From positions 51,010,201 through 51,074,200 of the forward strand of contig NC_085843.1 of assembly GCF_035594765.1 (NCBI RefSeq): DNA of 64,000 nt. Direction: 5' to 3'. This document shows positions 51,726 to 64,000 of the stretch, one piece after another. The translations under genes and the position numbers were made by a program. The stretch's first letter is position 1. Every line of letters starts with the position of its first letter. This DNA is from Anolis carolinensis. Lineage: Eukaryota. A model generated the notes under the pieces. The model saw only the letters and a list, made by a program, of their open reading frames with translations. It was not told where the DNA came from and made no database searches.

Positions 51726-52824
51726 TGTCAAAGACAATAACGCCACCAAATAGAGTACAACACAGTTTATTGAAGTTACAGAACTAAAAAATGCCCGTAG
51801 GAAACAAAGGACTAGGCAAACACTTGTCTTCAGTGTGAAAAGTAACAGAAACAGCTCCGTTTGAACTAAAACGGTTCGAAAGGATAAACCGGATTAAACA
51901 GGAGTTTAATCCGGATTAAATCAAAAGTGCTTATTTCAGCCTGGCAATTTAAACAAACAAAAGTTGGTAAACAAAGGTCAAAATGAACACAAAAAGCTGG
52001 CAGCAGATTCCTCTCTGCTACTCAAAAGCTACAGATGAGTAACTCAGGCTGTTTACTCCTCCGTGCAACGAGCGAAATCCGGGTCCAGGCACATCAATCA
52101 GGGTAACGGCGGTCAGCAGGGTCCCAATCCGGTCCAAGGTCGAAAGCCAAGTGCAGACGTCTAAAGTTCCACAAGTTCCACTGAAAGCCACAGAAGGGAT
52201 AGTCCGAGGTCGTAGTCAGTCAGTCAGTCCAGCGTCAATCCAGAGTAGGTAATTAATGTCCGTCAAAAAGACGACGGAGGTCCAAGGTATCCAGCAACGA
52301 ATCACACCCGTCTTCAGGAAGTTCCCCAACAAGAGCCCAAGCGTTCGTCCAGATTACCTTGCCCAATGCAATTAGCCATTGATCCTAAACCCCATTTTAT
52401 CCCAGTTCATAACTCCTCATCGCTGTCAGCTGCTATCCTAATTCCAGGTGCCTCATCATCATCATCCTCATCAGAGCTAAAACACCTTTGACTACGCCCC
52501 ACAGCATCCCCAGCTGTGGATCCCGCTCCATCCCTCCAGCCCGTCCATGGGTCTGATCCTGCAACCCGCCAATTGCCTCCCATGCTATCATTGCCGGTGA
52601 CACCCAAATCCTCCCTCACACGAGTCCACTCCATGTCATCCTCCTCTGAGCTAACCAACTCTTCCTCCATTCCCTCGGTAAAACCCTCAAATGAGTCTTC
52701 ATCTATTGGCTCTGCAAATAAGTCCCGGAGCCGTTTCCTTTCACGCTCCTCAAAAGAGTCTGACTCTCGAGGAGTCTTACGACCCCGTCTCCTAGTACCG
52801 GAGCCAGAAGGCTCAACCATAACA
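51726..52824 (-). mobile_element. Solo LTR (1099 bp) of a second LTR family
   Basis: Minus-strand ends TGTTATG...TGACA; 5-bp TSD TTTAT at 51721-51725 and 52825-52829; minus-strand AATAAA at 51766-51771. Confidence 0.88.
52407..52820 (-). CDS. U3-embedded acidic ORF (137 aa) with basic NLS-like clusters and a DLF-x8-FEGF motif
   Basis: Open from the LTR 5' edge, with ATG at LTR nt 5-7 as in the other LTRs; coding role is inferred. Confidence 0.55.
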   Translation of the reverse strand: MVEPSGSGTRRRGRKTPRESDSFEERERKRLRDLFAEPIDEDSFEGFTEGMEEELVSSEEDDMEWTRVREDLGVTGNDSMGGNWRVAGSDPWTGWRDGAGSTAGDAVGRSQRCFSSDEDDDDEAPGIRIAADSDEEL

Positions 52825-54040
52825 TTTATTTTAGTTGTTATCATTACTTTCTGTTATTTATCATTCCACCTAAATTAAATTGGGGCTAAAGTACAAATAA
52901 CAACATAGAGTTTAGAACACATTTTGCCAGACTAAAAATGGACATAAGGACGAGTGTCCATTCAACATGGTGCCAGTTGTTATGTCTTTGTAAAGCTATG
53001 TTCACCAATTTTTTGCAATGAGATATATTACACGTTCCTACTAATCATTTCTGAAGGGTCAGTATGACACTGTTTCCATTGGTCCCTTAATACCAGACAT
53101 GTCAGACATCCACATTCTTTCATAATTAGGGATTACTACATATCTCATCTGTTACCCATCTGTCAGAAAACCTGGCATCACTTGGCAGTGAAGGTTTAAT
53201 GAAGTCAGAGCAAAAGAAGAAAAAAACATTCACTGTAATGAAGATAGTGGGCACCTTTTCCTTTCTGGCCAAATCTGAATTGTGTGGAATCGTAAAATAC
53301 AGTACAGTCCAAACTAATATTTCGTCATATTACTGTACAATATTTTCTGTGTGAAAAAATAGTGATTACATTTCCTGTTATACCCAATCCAGTCCTATTT
53401 TCATTTCATATGGCTCATCAACAGCTTACATTTCTTGCTAATGAAAGTTTTGAAAGGGAATTCAAAGTTCTCTTTTAGGTATTAGGAGCATATCAGTAAT
53501 GCAGGAGACCAACTGCAAAATGGGTTTGCTCGCCAAAGGATTGGGAGTGAATCAGTCAGCATATTTTTCCCAAAGCAGCAGTTGCTCACATTTCTGGCCT
53601 GGAGTAGGATTCAGAGAAAGACTTTTCATCATGTCAGGTTTTTTTCTGATATCCTAACTTGAGTTTGCATTTTATACCAGGAGTCCATCTGCTTTGTGAT
53701 TTGATATCAGATCTTGCTTAGGATGGAGGTATTTTCAAGGCACAATTTTAAAGTAACAGAGGTTGTCCTAATGGGAAGACTTGTAAAATCCTGTAATTAC
53801 TTCAGTAAAACAGGAAGATAAAGCTGAGCTGCATGCTGTATACACAGTAGGACAAATCGGTCCCTATATTTATTACAACACACACATATACGGACATCCC
53901 TCCTTGTTTGCAGTTTTGACTGTTGTGAGTTTGATTAGTAGTGTAGCTGTAAAGAGGGGGATAGAGAAGATGACCTTCATCCTTGACTTATTTAAGTTGA
54001 TGCAAACTAAGTTCAAAGTGCAAAGATAGTTTGTGCCCCC

Positions 54041-54099
54041 CTACACTGCCATATAAAATCCAGATTATCTGCTTTGAATTGGTCTATATGGCAGTGTAG
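54041..54099. repeat. Small palindromic MITE-like repeat
   Basis: Perfect 15-bp inverted repeat ctacactgccatata (54041-54055) / tatatggcagtgtag (54085-54099). Confidence 0.8.
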
Positions 54100-55182
54100 A
54101 AGGATCCTTTCTTCAGTTAGTAGCAGAGGGAAGGAGGCAGAATCTTGCTTTCCCAGTCAACCCAGACAAAAGCAAGTTGGTCCTATCTCTCCTAGCTTGT
54201 CTACTCTTCCTCATTAATAACTTTTCACATCTTGATCACAACTCTGATGTTGCTTGGCTACATATGTCCCAGTTTTCATTCATGAAATACTGAAGAATAA
54301 GCTTTAAGAAAAAAAAACATTTAAAAATCTCTTTCAATGTTGCTTTTTCCATTTGTCTTTTGCCATATTCAGACTGGAGATGTTGATACTTTATAAAGAC
54401 AGTATACACTTTGTTCTATAGGGCTGGTGGTGACAACTGTTTCTTAGCAACAACCTCAAAATAAGGTATGGCGCAGGTTACAATTGTGCCTGTTTTATAG
54501 AATATAAATTAAACTATCAAAAGTTGTATTTGACTTTCAAAGGATTGAGAAAAGATTTAATAGGTTTCTTGACTCTAGACAAGGTTGCATGGGATTTAAG
54601 GGTATTTACTGTGGCTGTCAAGGTCAAAATGCATTTTTTTTTGTTTTTTCCTCTATAAGTGAGGCAATCTTGTATGTACAAAATGCTGTATAGACAACAG
54701 AAACATGATGAGAGACAAAATTGACAGTGATCATCTTTATTTATTTGGAGGGGGGTTGGTTTGGGAAAGAGAAAGGTGATTGACAACTGAACATAGGGAT
54801 TCTGTGGTGTTTGTTTTTAATTTAGCTACCAACCAGAAGTTCATTTTAAAGATGTATGGATGAGAGGATTTTCCCCCTGCAAGTAAGTATGTGTTTACTC
54901 AATCTGTTTGTAAGAAACTATTTGCCAGACAGCCAAAACATAACTCTGACATTCATGTGAGACACTGTGAAGGCCATTGCTTAGGAAGCTACTTCTTATT
55001 GATTTAAAATGGGTTTCTGAGCTGAGTCAAGTGAAATAAGGGATTTTAAAAGAGTTCTCCTTCCCAACCCAGAATATCAGCCCTTTCCCATGTCGTGTTT
55101 TGGCATCAAGATATTTCGTATGGCTTAGATATCTGCTTTGCATTAGCCGAATAAAGGGTTAGTCATCAACACTGCATATAAA

Positions 55183-55790
55183 CTTTATTTATTTAATTTA
55201 TATACCGCTCTTCTCCACCAGGGGGACCCAGAGAGGTCTTACATAATGGCGGAATTAAATGCCACATATAATACAACATGTAGAAAAAACAAACATAAAA
55301 CACAAATAAAAGCTGGTATCCAAATCAAATTAAAACAGTTAAAACCATGTGATCATTACAAAAGGGGAAGTTTCAAGCCAAAGTCAGAGCCAATCTGTGT
55401 TTGAATTAATATTAATCCATCAGGTCATATCAACTCATATTTAGGGTGGGCCAAATGCTTGATCCCACAGCCAAGTCTTCAGCTGCTTCCTGAAAGACAT
55501 GAGTGAGGGGGCTTTCCTAATCTCCCTTGGCAAGGAGTTCCACAGCCGGAAAGCCACCACTGAAAAACCCCTTTCTTGTCCCCGCCAACTTCACCTGTGA
55601 TGGCGGCGGGACCGAGAGCAGGGCCTCACTCAAAGATCTTAATCTGCAGGATGGCCCGTAGGGGGAGATAAGTTCTGAGAGGTAAATTGGACCAGAGCCG
55701 TTTAAGGCTTTGTAGGCCAAAGCCAGCACTTTGAATTGTGCCCGGAAGCTAACAGGCAGCCAGTGGGGCTGCTTCAACAGAGGAGTTATT
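55183..55790 (-). mobile_element. L2 LINE 3' fragment
   Basis: HWLPVSFRAQFKVLALAYKALNG followed by an L2 terminus. Confidence 0.85.
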
Positions 55791-55970
55791 ATAACCATTT
55801 TCTTTTTTCATCTCACTGATGTGAATTCAGTGTCTTATAAGTCAGAATAGGATTTGACCTTTCTTTCAAGAACAAAGGGATATATGATATGATAAACATG
55901 GGTCCTAACTTAAGCATGAATTTCAGGTTCATAATGTGAGGGGTGAAGAAGGGACTGAGAAGGACTATAG

Positions 55971-56105
55971 CAGTGGTTCTCAACCTGGGGTCCCCAGATG
56001 GTTTTGGCCTATAACTCCCAGAAATCCCAGCCAGTTTACCAGTTGTTGGGATTTCTGGGAGTTGAAGGCCAAAAACATCTGGGGACCCCGGGTTGAGAAC
56101 CATTG
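55971..56105. mobile_element. hAT-Charlie-like MITE (same family as 28033)
   Basis: TIRs cagtggttctcaacc / ggttgagaaccattg; perfect 8-bp TSD GACTATAG. Confidence 0.9.
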
Positions 56106-58643
56106 GACTATAGGAATACTAGCTTTGGTTTGTAGAACCTCATTAATGCAGTAGCTGAAGGTCCATCTTGGAAATTGTCAGAACTGAGAGAAAGTGCTGG
56201 GACCATTTGGGTGGACCCAAAATGGGACTCTTCCTTTCTAATCCATACCTAGGCAATTGGATCATTGATTTTGTCAATTTCCCAGCCAGGACATGAAAGT
56301 GAACACTACCACAATTCCTCATGACCTTCCTATGGTCAAGGATAATCAGTTATTGATACGGCTAGGAAAGACCCCTCCCATATACTATTCAGAATCTGAG
56401 TTTTCTTTTAAACTAATTTAATATGAATGTACAGTTTTGGTCACTCTAATGCAACTAGTCTGGTTTCATCCTAGAAATTACTTAAAATGTCTTCTCATAG
56501 AATCTCACAGTAGATTTATGTAAATATTAAATGAGTTTCCTGATTCAATGAATGAATTGCACCATCAATTAACTGCATACAAATCTTTAAGATAAGGAGG
56601 TGCTATTTTAAAGGTGGGAGAAAAATAAGCCAAAGAGATAACAAAACACTACTGCAGTCACTGACTTAAATTCTGTGCATTGACTAGAAATCTGCTGCCT
56701 TCAACTGAAGGTCTATTTTTTTTTTTGCTTTGTATGCCTTTGTGTATTTTAGTGGGAGCAAATGTTATAACATGGGCAGCATGTCTTGTGGTGGTAGCTA
56801 TTTATATGATCAAAGCATTCCTTCTGTGCTTTGTTGCTGTTGACATGACTTCTTACTTCACCTTCTCCTGCTGTTATGGACCTTTGGACCTTGTACAAGT
56901 GATCTTTTTTTTTCAGCCACTATGATGCTGTTTAGTATAACAGAAGGCAAGAACATTTTTGTGTGGGGGGGGGGGGAGAGAAGCCTCTGGTTTTTCTTTT
57001 CTGATAGATGCTGCTGGCAAGGAATTTTGCTTTGGGTTGCTGTTCAGAAGTTTAGGACTAATGCTGTTTGGGGTGGGAGGTGGAGCCATTTATGAATAAG
57101 ATAAATGACTGCAGGTTAAAGTTTGTCAGCAGGAAAATGCCATTAACTAAGGCAGGATCATTTTGCCTTTACTTGACTTCAGATACACTCTCCTAAATTT
57201 AAAAAGAAGAGGCTTTTATTTCCAGAAAGTGACTTTTGTAAGTTTGCACCGCTGAGCGTCAGATGCTTGGTTTAATATGAAGGTTGGGCTGGGTCTTTTG
57301 TTTAAAAATAATATTATAAATATAAACCATAGAATCAGTTTTAATGAATAGGACCCTGGCAGCCAGTTATATAAAACAATAATGTAGTGACTGAGAGTAT
57401 TGTTTTATATAGTGTGAAAATACTGTAGGCCTCCATGAAGGATATTGTGAATTTTGTATGGATAATGATCCAGGTAATGAAGGTTCTCCTATATTAACCT
57501 TTTGAAATAGGAAAAGCAGCTGTATGCAACTAACAGTGTGGAGGAGAAGGGGAATTTGCATAGTTTAATTTCTTCCTCTTGCCTTTTTTGAATGAAGATT
57601 TATTGATTGATCTTCACTACAATACTATTTCATCTGCTTATTCTAGAAGAACAGTATTAGGCTATGTTTCATTTATAATCCAGGAAGGAAATTAATTGAA
57701 AATTGGAGTAAGTTCTATTTCAGGATAATAAACCTACCCTTCTGAAGCAATAGTGGAAAGTCTAATTTAAACACAAAACACACCACTATTAAGGGGCACA
57801 TAGGGCAATCAATGTTAAAATGTAGACTTTTCTTTCTTGTGAAGCTCATAACAATCTTCTGTTTTCCAGCAATGTATGTTTGTGTTTATTTTGACTGGAA
57901 TTTAAAATACAATCAATTATGTTTCCTGTGTAACAAGCATTTTAGTCCATTATACCCTAAGGAAGGTTTGAAATTTACAAAATGCTCAGTTCACAATAAT
58001 AATCCACATGATAGTTTCAATTATCACCATGTGAGCCTTATGGATAACTTTAATTAATTTAGCTTTTTAGAGTTTGTATGCTTTCACTCTTCTTCATAAA
58101 TTGAATCTTCTTAGCATTTCAAAAATAAATAAATGTATCAGTATCTTTCTTAGGCTAGTGCTCCACTTGTGCCATGATACCTTTTTTGTGTGCTTGGGAT
58201 GGTCTCATGAGGATTTAAAAATGAAAGCACTACTGTAAGAATGGCATATCAACCTAAAGATCAATGTGTAATGAAAATACAGATTAGTTGCAAATAGCAC
58301 ATTTAGGCCATTTTCAGATGATCAAAATAATAGCAACATGCAATTCTTTGTTGTTCTTTTCAGTGTCTGTTAATGAGTGAAAACATCTCTAATCTGCATG
58401 CATAAGACAGAGACATTATTTCAGATGAATTAACACATAATGTGTTCTCCTGTATGTCATTTCTAGAGATTTTTACTGAGTGGATAAAGGAATGTCTCTC
58501 CTCCCATGGACATAAATGGGGTATTTGTGTATAGAGTTGTGCACCATGATGTCAATGACTGAGAATTCTAAATGCCCTTCCATGAACTTTAGGTTCCAGG
58601 ATTCCATATGATGGAGCCATTTCAGTTCTAAAAAAGACTCTAA

Positions 58644-59229
58644 GGGCCCTTCCAGATTTAAAATCCTGATTCCCTTCAAGATTTAGGCCATACAGAGGTC
58701 CTAAATCCTATGTTTTTCTTGGGAGTGTGTAGCTACATTTCTCCTGGGTCGATCCGAGGTCAACCTGGGAGGACATCTAGCCAGACCCCAGACCCCCATT
58801 TCCCTTCTAAGCTTACTGGAGGGGCCTGCCTGCATCCTCAGGTCCTTCGGAGCAAGCTCCCGACACATCAAAATGATGCATCAGAATTCTCGGAAGGGCT
58901 TGAGGATGCAGCCAGACTCCCCTGGTAAGTTTACAGGGGAACTGGGGGGGGGGGTCTGGGAGAGGAGGGTGGATGCTATCCTACTCCCTTGGGCTCTTAG
59001 ATCCCAAAGAACCAGGATGGCAATGGGGATTGGCCCTCAGGATCATGGAAGGCAATCCCAGGAGTCAATCCACACAGGCCCAACATCTCAAATTCCAGGA
59101 CCTTGCAGTAACGTCCAAATCATTTGAGGTTTTTTTTTTAAAAAAAATCCAGAGTAAATTGGTAAATTCCAGTTTACTCTGGATTAATCTGTAACCCGTC
59201 ACAGGCTTTGGTCCTTTCTGGAAGGGCCC
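58644..59229. mobile_element. PIF/Harbinger-like MITE
   Basis: Perfect 13-bp TIR gggcccttccaga / tctggaagggccc; TAA TSD. Confidence 0.88.
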
Positions 59230-61319
59230 TAAGTGTTACTGTTGTGCAATGTGAAAGAGTATCACAAGATACAGGCACTGTTGATTAGGAAGAATCCCTA
59301 GTTATGTCATTAAGCAGAGAATAGTAAATATCAACCACAGCTACACAAATAATGCCATTCAAGTTTTTAAAAACCAAGTCCAGCAAATGAACAAAATATA
59401 TATGCATATACCTCTTTGTCTAATGTACTCTTGTCTTGAGATTCCTTCCTGAGAAATCTGGCAATTCTAGCTCTAGTGTAGCTAATTTTTTCTTAGTATG
59501 ATCATGATTCACTACTTGTAGAAAACATGTAAATTTATTTAAATATGTGAATTGATCTGAAATAACACCCATGTACAGGTTGAATATCTGTAGGTTTTAA
59601 CAAATAAGATTTTGCCCCCTTTCAGAGCATGTACCAGTTTACCAATCTTTAACCACATATCTATTTATGTTAAAAGTAGTTAAATAGTATCAAAACCACA
59701 GTTATCAACTTTAATATGTGCTCTATAGGATGTTCTTTGAAGTGGGAAGAATAATTTAATATCCCTGCATTGCAAACCTAAAACTCTGTGCAGTGTAATA
59801 ACTGTATTACTACTGTAATTAACACCATCCTAGTACCCAAGAGAGACAACTTCATGCAAATTATTCTGTAGCTGAAATTTGGTTCTGAGCCCATGTACAA
59901 CATGCTAAACAGATTACTAGGAATGGGTGCATTGAACAATTCTGATATATTTGAAAGACTTTGCAACCTTCCAGTCACATCTGGTTCAATGATGTCATTT
60001 TGGGCTTTGAGAGATAGCCATTAACTATGATATACTTTACTTATAAACACGGGGCTTCCTTTCTTGAAATCCTGTGAATGTTTTACATAGAATTGTGAAA
60101 TTAACTTTATATGAGACAGACATCTTCCAGGCCCCGCACATTGATTCAAAGGCAAGCATAACCAATGTTACAAAATCCATGAACATAGTGGAAAACAAAG
60201 AACTTCATTTTCAGTGATACTATGCCTTAAATGAAGCATATAATTGCTTGTCGTATATTTGCCTTTTACTCAGGCTTGCATACGTTTAGCACACTCTAAA
60301 GGCAAGTCAGTGTCTACTGTATCCCACAGCTCTGCAACTAGTTGTCCAAAGTGTCAATACCCTCCCTATGCACCATATAAGAGGAAAGGCATGTATGTGC
60401 TTACAACATGATCATCTGCACAGGGAGCTGGGTTTACACAATCTCTCAGAAAGTCCAGTTGCATACACTCAGGCATTTCATAGATGAAAACTGGGCTGTA
60501 TGTTGCCAAACAACACAAGCCAAAAGAAGCTTCAACAGCTGGCTTTTGCCTGACCTTACAGGAAAGGGCAATGCTCTATACTAACTCCACATGTTCAGTT
60601 ATTTAGTGCACACTACTTTTACCCTTAAGATAAGTTTGCACCAATTGTAGTGAGGTGCAGACAAACTAGAAAAGAGAAAAAGGAGGAGAAATTAAATGCA
60701 AAGTAAAAAAAGTAGAATGACAGAGAATTTATCAGAACGTCCCCACCAAATCAGGACAATTTGAGGGCATGCAATTTGAGGGTATGCAGTTATTTGTATG
60801 CAAGCCATATGCTCCAGTAGAAGTCCATCTAGGATCAGCGTTTTCAAAATGCTGGTAGTAAATGTTTTCTCAGTGCATGAATGTCAGAAAATAAGAATTA
60901 CTCTAGTTTAAGTACATATTAGTAAATTTTAACAATGTGGGTATCAAAACATCTTGTACAGAGAGGGCTCTCAACTTATTTGTTGTTTTAATAGTAATAG
61001 CAAAAAAAAAAAATCTTCAAGAGCTGAATGTTTCTTTGATATTTCCACCACATGATAGGAAACAACATCCGTATCACTTTTCAGTTTAATGCCTTGTATT
61101 CAGCAGTGCAAGTTCCAGTATTGGAAAGATCAAAAGAGACCAAAGATGAAAACCCATGATCAGTGAACTGGAAATATTAGTTTGGATGGTTTTATCATTT
61201 AACATACAGGCAGTCCCCAAGTTAATAAAAATATGGGTCTTGTAGGTTCATTCTAAAGCTGAATTCGTCTGTAAGTCAGAACAGGTACATTTTTTGTGTA
61301 ACTCCAGCCATTACAATAA

Positions 61320-62112
61320 TAGAATCATAGAGTTGGAAGGGACATCATGGGCCATCCAGTCCAACCCCCTGCCAAGAAGTAGAAAAATTGCATTAAAAGC
61401 ACTCCTAACAGATGGCCATCCAGCCTCTGCTTAAAAGCCTCCAAAGAAGGAGCCTCCATCACACTCCAGGCAAAGAGTTCCAATGCTTAATAGCTCTCAC
61501 AATTAGGAAGTTCTTCCTAATGTTCAGGTGGAATCTCTTTTCCTGTATTTTGAAGCTGTTGTTATGCATCCTAGTCTCCAGGGCAGCAGAAAACAAGCTT
61601 GCTCCCTCCTCCCTATGACTTCCCCTCACATATTTATACATGGCCATCATGTCTCCTCTCAGCCTTCTCTTCTGCAGGCTAAACATGCCAAGCTCTTTAA
61701 GCCGATCCTCATGGGGCTTGTTCTCCAGACCCTTGATCATTTTAGTCACCCTCCTCTGGACATATTCCACCTTGTCAACATCTCCCTTCAATTGTGGTGC
61801 CCAGAATTTAACACAGTGTGATTCCAGGTGTGGTCCGACCAAGGCAGAATAGAGGGGTAGCAAGACTTCCCTGGATCTAGACACTATACTCCTATTTATG
61901 CAGGCCAAAATCCCATTGGCCTTTTTAGCCGCCACATTGCATTGTTGGCTCATGTTTAACTTGTTGTCCACAAGGATTCCAAGATCTTCTTCATACGTTC
62001 TGCTGTCGAGCCAGGCATCCCCCATTCTGTATCTTTGCATTTCATTTTTTCTGCCTAGGTGGAGTATCTTGCATTTGTCCCTGTTGAAGTTCATTTTGTT
62101 AGTTTCAGCCCA
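61320..62112 (-). mobile_element. 5'-truncated CR1 LINE
   Basis: 211-aa ORF2 remnant MNFNRDKCKILHLG...WNSLP. Confidence 0.92.
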
Positions 62113-62919
62113 TTGAAAATTGCTGCGAGATCATTTGTATCCACTTTTTTTAAAAAAAAAAGATACGATTTTTATATAAAACACATGGAATCCCAAAACT
62201 GTGGAAATTCACACACACGCACACACATAACAAGCAAAGAGCAATACTAGTCAATGCAACAAGATTTGAGAACATCAATTTATAAATTGTGGTATATACA
62301 GATATCATGTTGCAGAAAAAGTGCTTATGACAAAAATATAAAACAAACATAAGATCAAAGATTTGTCTTCTTGTGCATTCTCCAGTTACTAGCTCTTCAT
62401 GATTCCAAAAGTTTTGTCTTGGTTGAATATATTTTGTTGATGTGGCATTTACATTCAATGCCAAATTTGTGTGTTGCATTAATCTATAGCTTACAAACCC
62501 TATATATCTCAGATTTTATATCATCTTTGAACCTAGCCAAACATGCGTAAAACTAAACATCTGGATCTGTAAATTTATGGGCTGAATTCCAATTTGATAT
62601 CAACATGAAACTTCAGTGACCTGGGTTGATTTATGACTATTTAAACCAGGTGTCACTTTGGAACTCATAGATTAGCCAACCAATACTAGTAAATCTTCAA
62701 CCTCAGATGCTTTCATTTTGTCATTTCTTAGGTTCATAAATAAGGTTGCACCATCAAATGTTACTAACTCAACCAGGAATGGTGTTCCAACATGGATTCA
62801 ATTCATAAAGCAGTTCAAGTATAACTTATAGTTGGGAGAGAGAAATATATAGGGGAAATGGACACAAGAACTTAAAAGGAGGCAAGATTCATTGGGTAGC
62901 AATTGCTAATAACTATAGA

Positions 62920-63485
62920 AGACTATAGCCTAAACATGAATCCTTGTGGTGGAGTGACAAAAAAACCCAATGCAATTATTTGCTGACTGAATAGAAATAT
63001 AGTAGTGAGATCTGAGAAAGGAACAGTACAAGTGTATTCTGCTTTGGTCAGACTGTTGATGGAGTAACATGGCTATTTCTGGAGACCATATTTTTAAAAA
63101 GAATTCATGTTCAGAGGATGATGACCAAAATAGTAAAAGTTCTGGAAACCAGGGACTATAAGGGGTAGTTGGGGAAAATTTGGATATTTAGCCTGGCTGA
63201 GAGAAAATTGAGAGGTGATGTCATATCTGTTTTAAATATCTGAAGTTCTGCCACATGAAAGACGGAATAAGCTTGCTTTCTGCTGTTTCAGAGGGTACTA
63301 CCTGCAATATGCAGATTAGCTCTGATCAGTGAACTTCCAACTAAGTTCTGGATAGTGGTGAACTTTCCTTCATCCAATATTTTTTCCAGTGGTTAAATAG
63401 CCACCTCCCAGAAGCAGTAGGAATTTAGATTAGATCGCTTTTGTTATTCCCACCCATGCTGTGAACTGATGATTCTCCCAGTTCT
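62920..63485 (+). mobile_element. Old degenerate CR1 fragment
   Basis: Decayed similarity (tattctgctttggtcagac, gagaggtgatg) to the CR1 copies above; ends approximate. Confidence 0.55.
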
Positions 63486-64000
63486 AAGATTTACTGTTAT
63501 CCCATATAAGAATAGCCAGAAAACCTGATAATGCAGTATTTTACATCTATGTCACACTAACACTAGATTTCTGCAAACGTGTCAATTTCAATTGCTCTTA
63601 TATTCAGTTTTCTAAATCTCAAGTTCCTTCTAATATGTTAAAACAAAAGCTATATCCAGAAACCAACCACGTGAAAATACCACCCATCCTCACTAACAGA
63701 ATTCAGTGGAAGCAGTGCTCCTGAAGTGCTTCAAAATATTTTGCTTTTTCTTACCTATGTATTTATGGAATTTCTAAAAGTTTAAAAGTGCAAGCTGTAC
63801 ATTAAAAAGTTTACTCCATTGTGAATGCAACTACCATTCATCATACTGGGAATGCAACAATTTGATTGTCATTTGTAACCATTTAACTGAAATTTATATT
63901 CATTTATTGTACATAATACAATATTTAATGATATTTAATACATTGTTATTATTCCATTAGTGGACACTTGTTAGTTCAACTGAAGATTTCTCACAATAGC

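Noticed and set aside
1-64000. Remaining short ORFs of 60-130 aa and other EPHA3 exons
   Set aside because: No recognisable domains or splice-supported frames, and many are antisense shadows of repeats; I found no additional EPHA3 exon by eye, although a small one could have been missed

Overview
Vertebrate genomic DNA. The repeat complement (Sauria SINE, BovB, CR1, L2, Penelope, hAT and Harbinger MITEs) points to a squamate, probably an Anolis-type lizard; this is an inference. The only host coding sequence I can support is a 661-bp internal exon of EPHA3 (32319-32979, +), so the rest is most likely intron. The main mobile element is a young, structurally complete Ty3/Gypsy chromovirus of the sushi/PEG10 type (11403-17706, +). 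It has 915-bp LTRs with one mismatch that I could find, a 5-bp TSD, -1 gag/pol overlap, a Tf1-like self-priming PBS and a YLDN RT active site. There are also two solo LTRs (43088-43947 and 51726-52824, both on -). The main observation is that all three LTR types carry an ORF from their first bases in the same phase, and in the full element this ORF is the in-frame C-terminal tail of Pol/integrase. One tail family conserves an HMGN-like RRSxRIAA motif despite synonymous divergence. The other carries a LEDGF/p75-IBD (TND)-binding-like motif, DLF-x8-FxGF. This suggests LTR-encoded chromatin-tethering tails that mimic host motifs.
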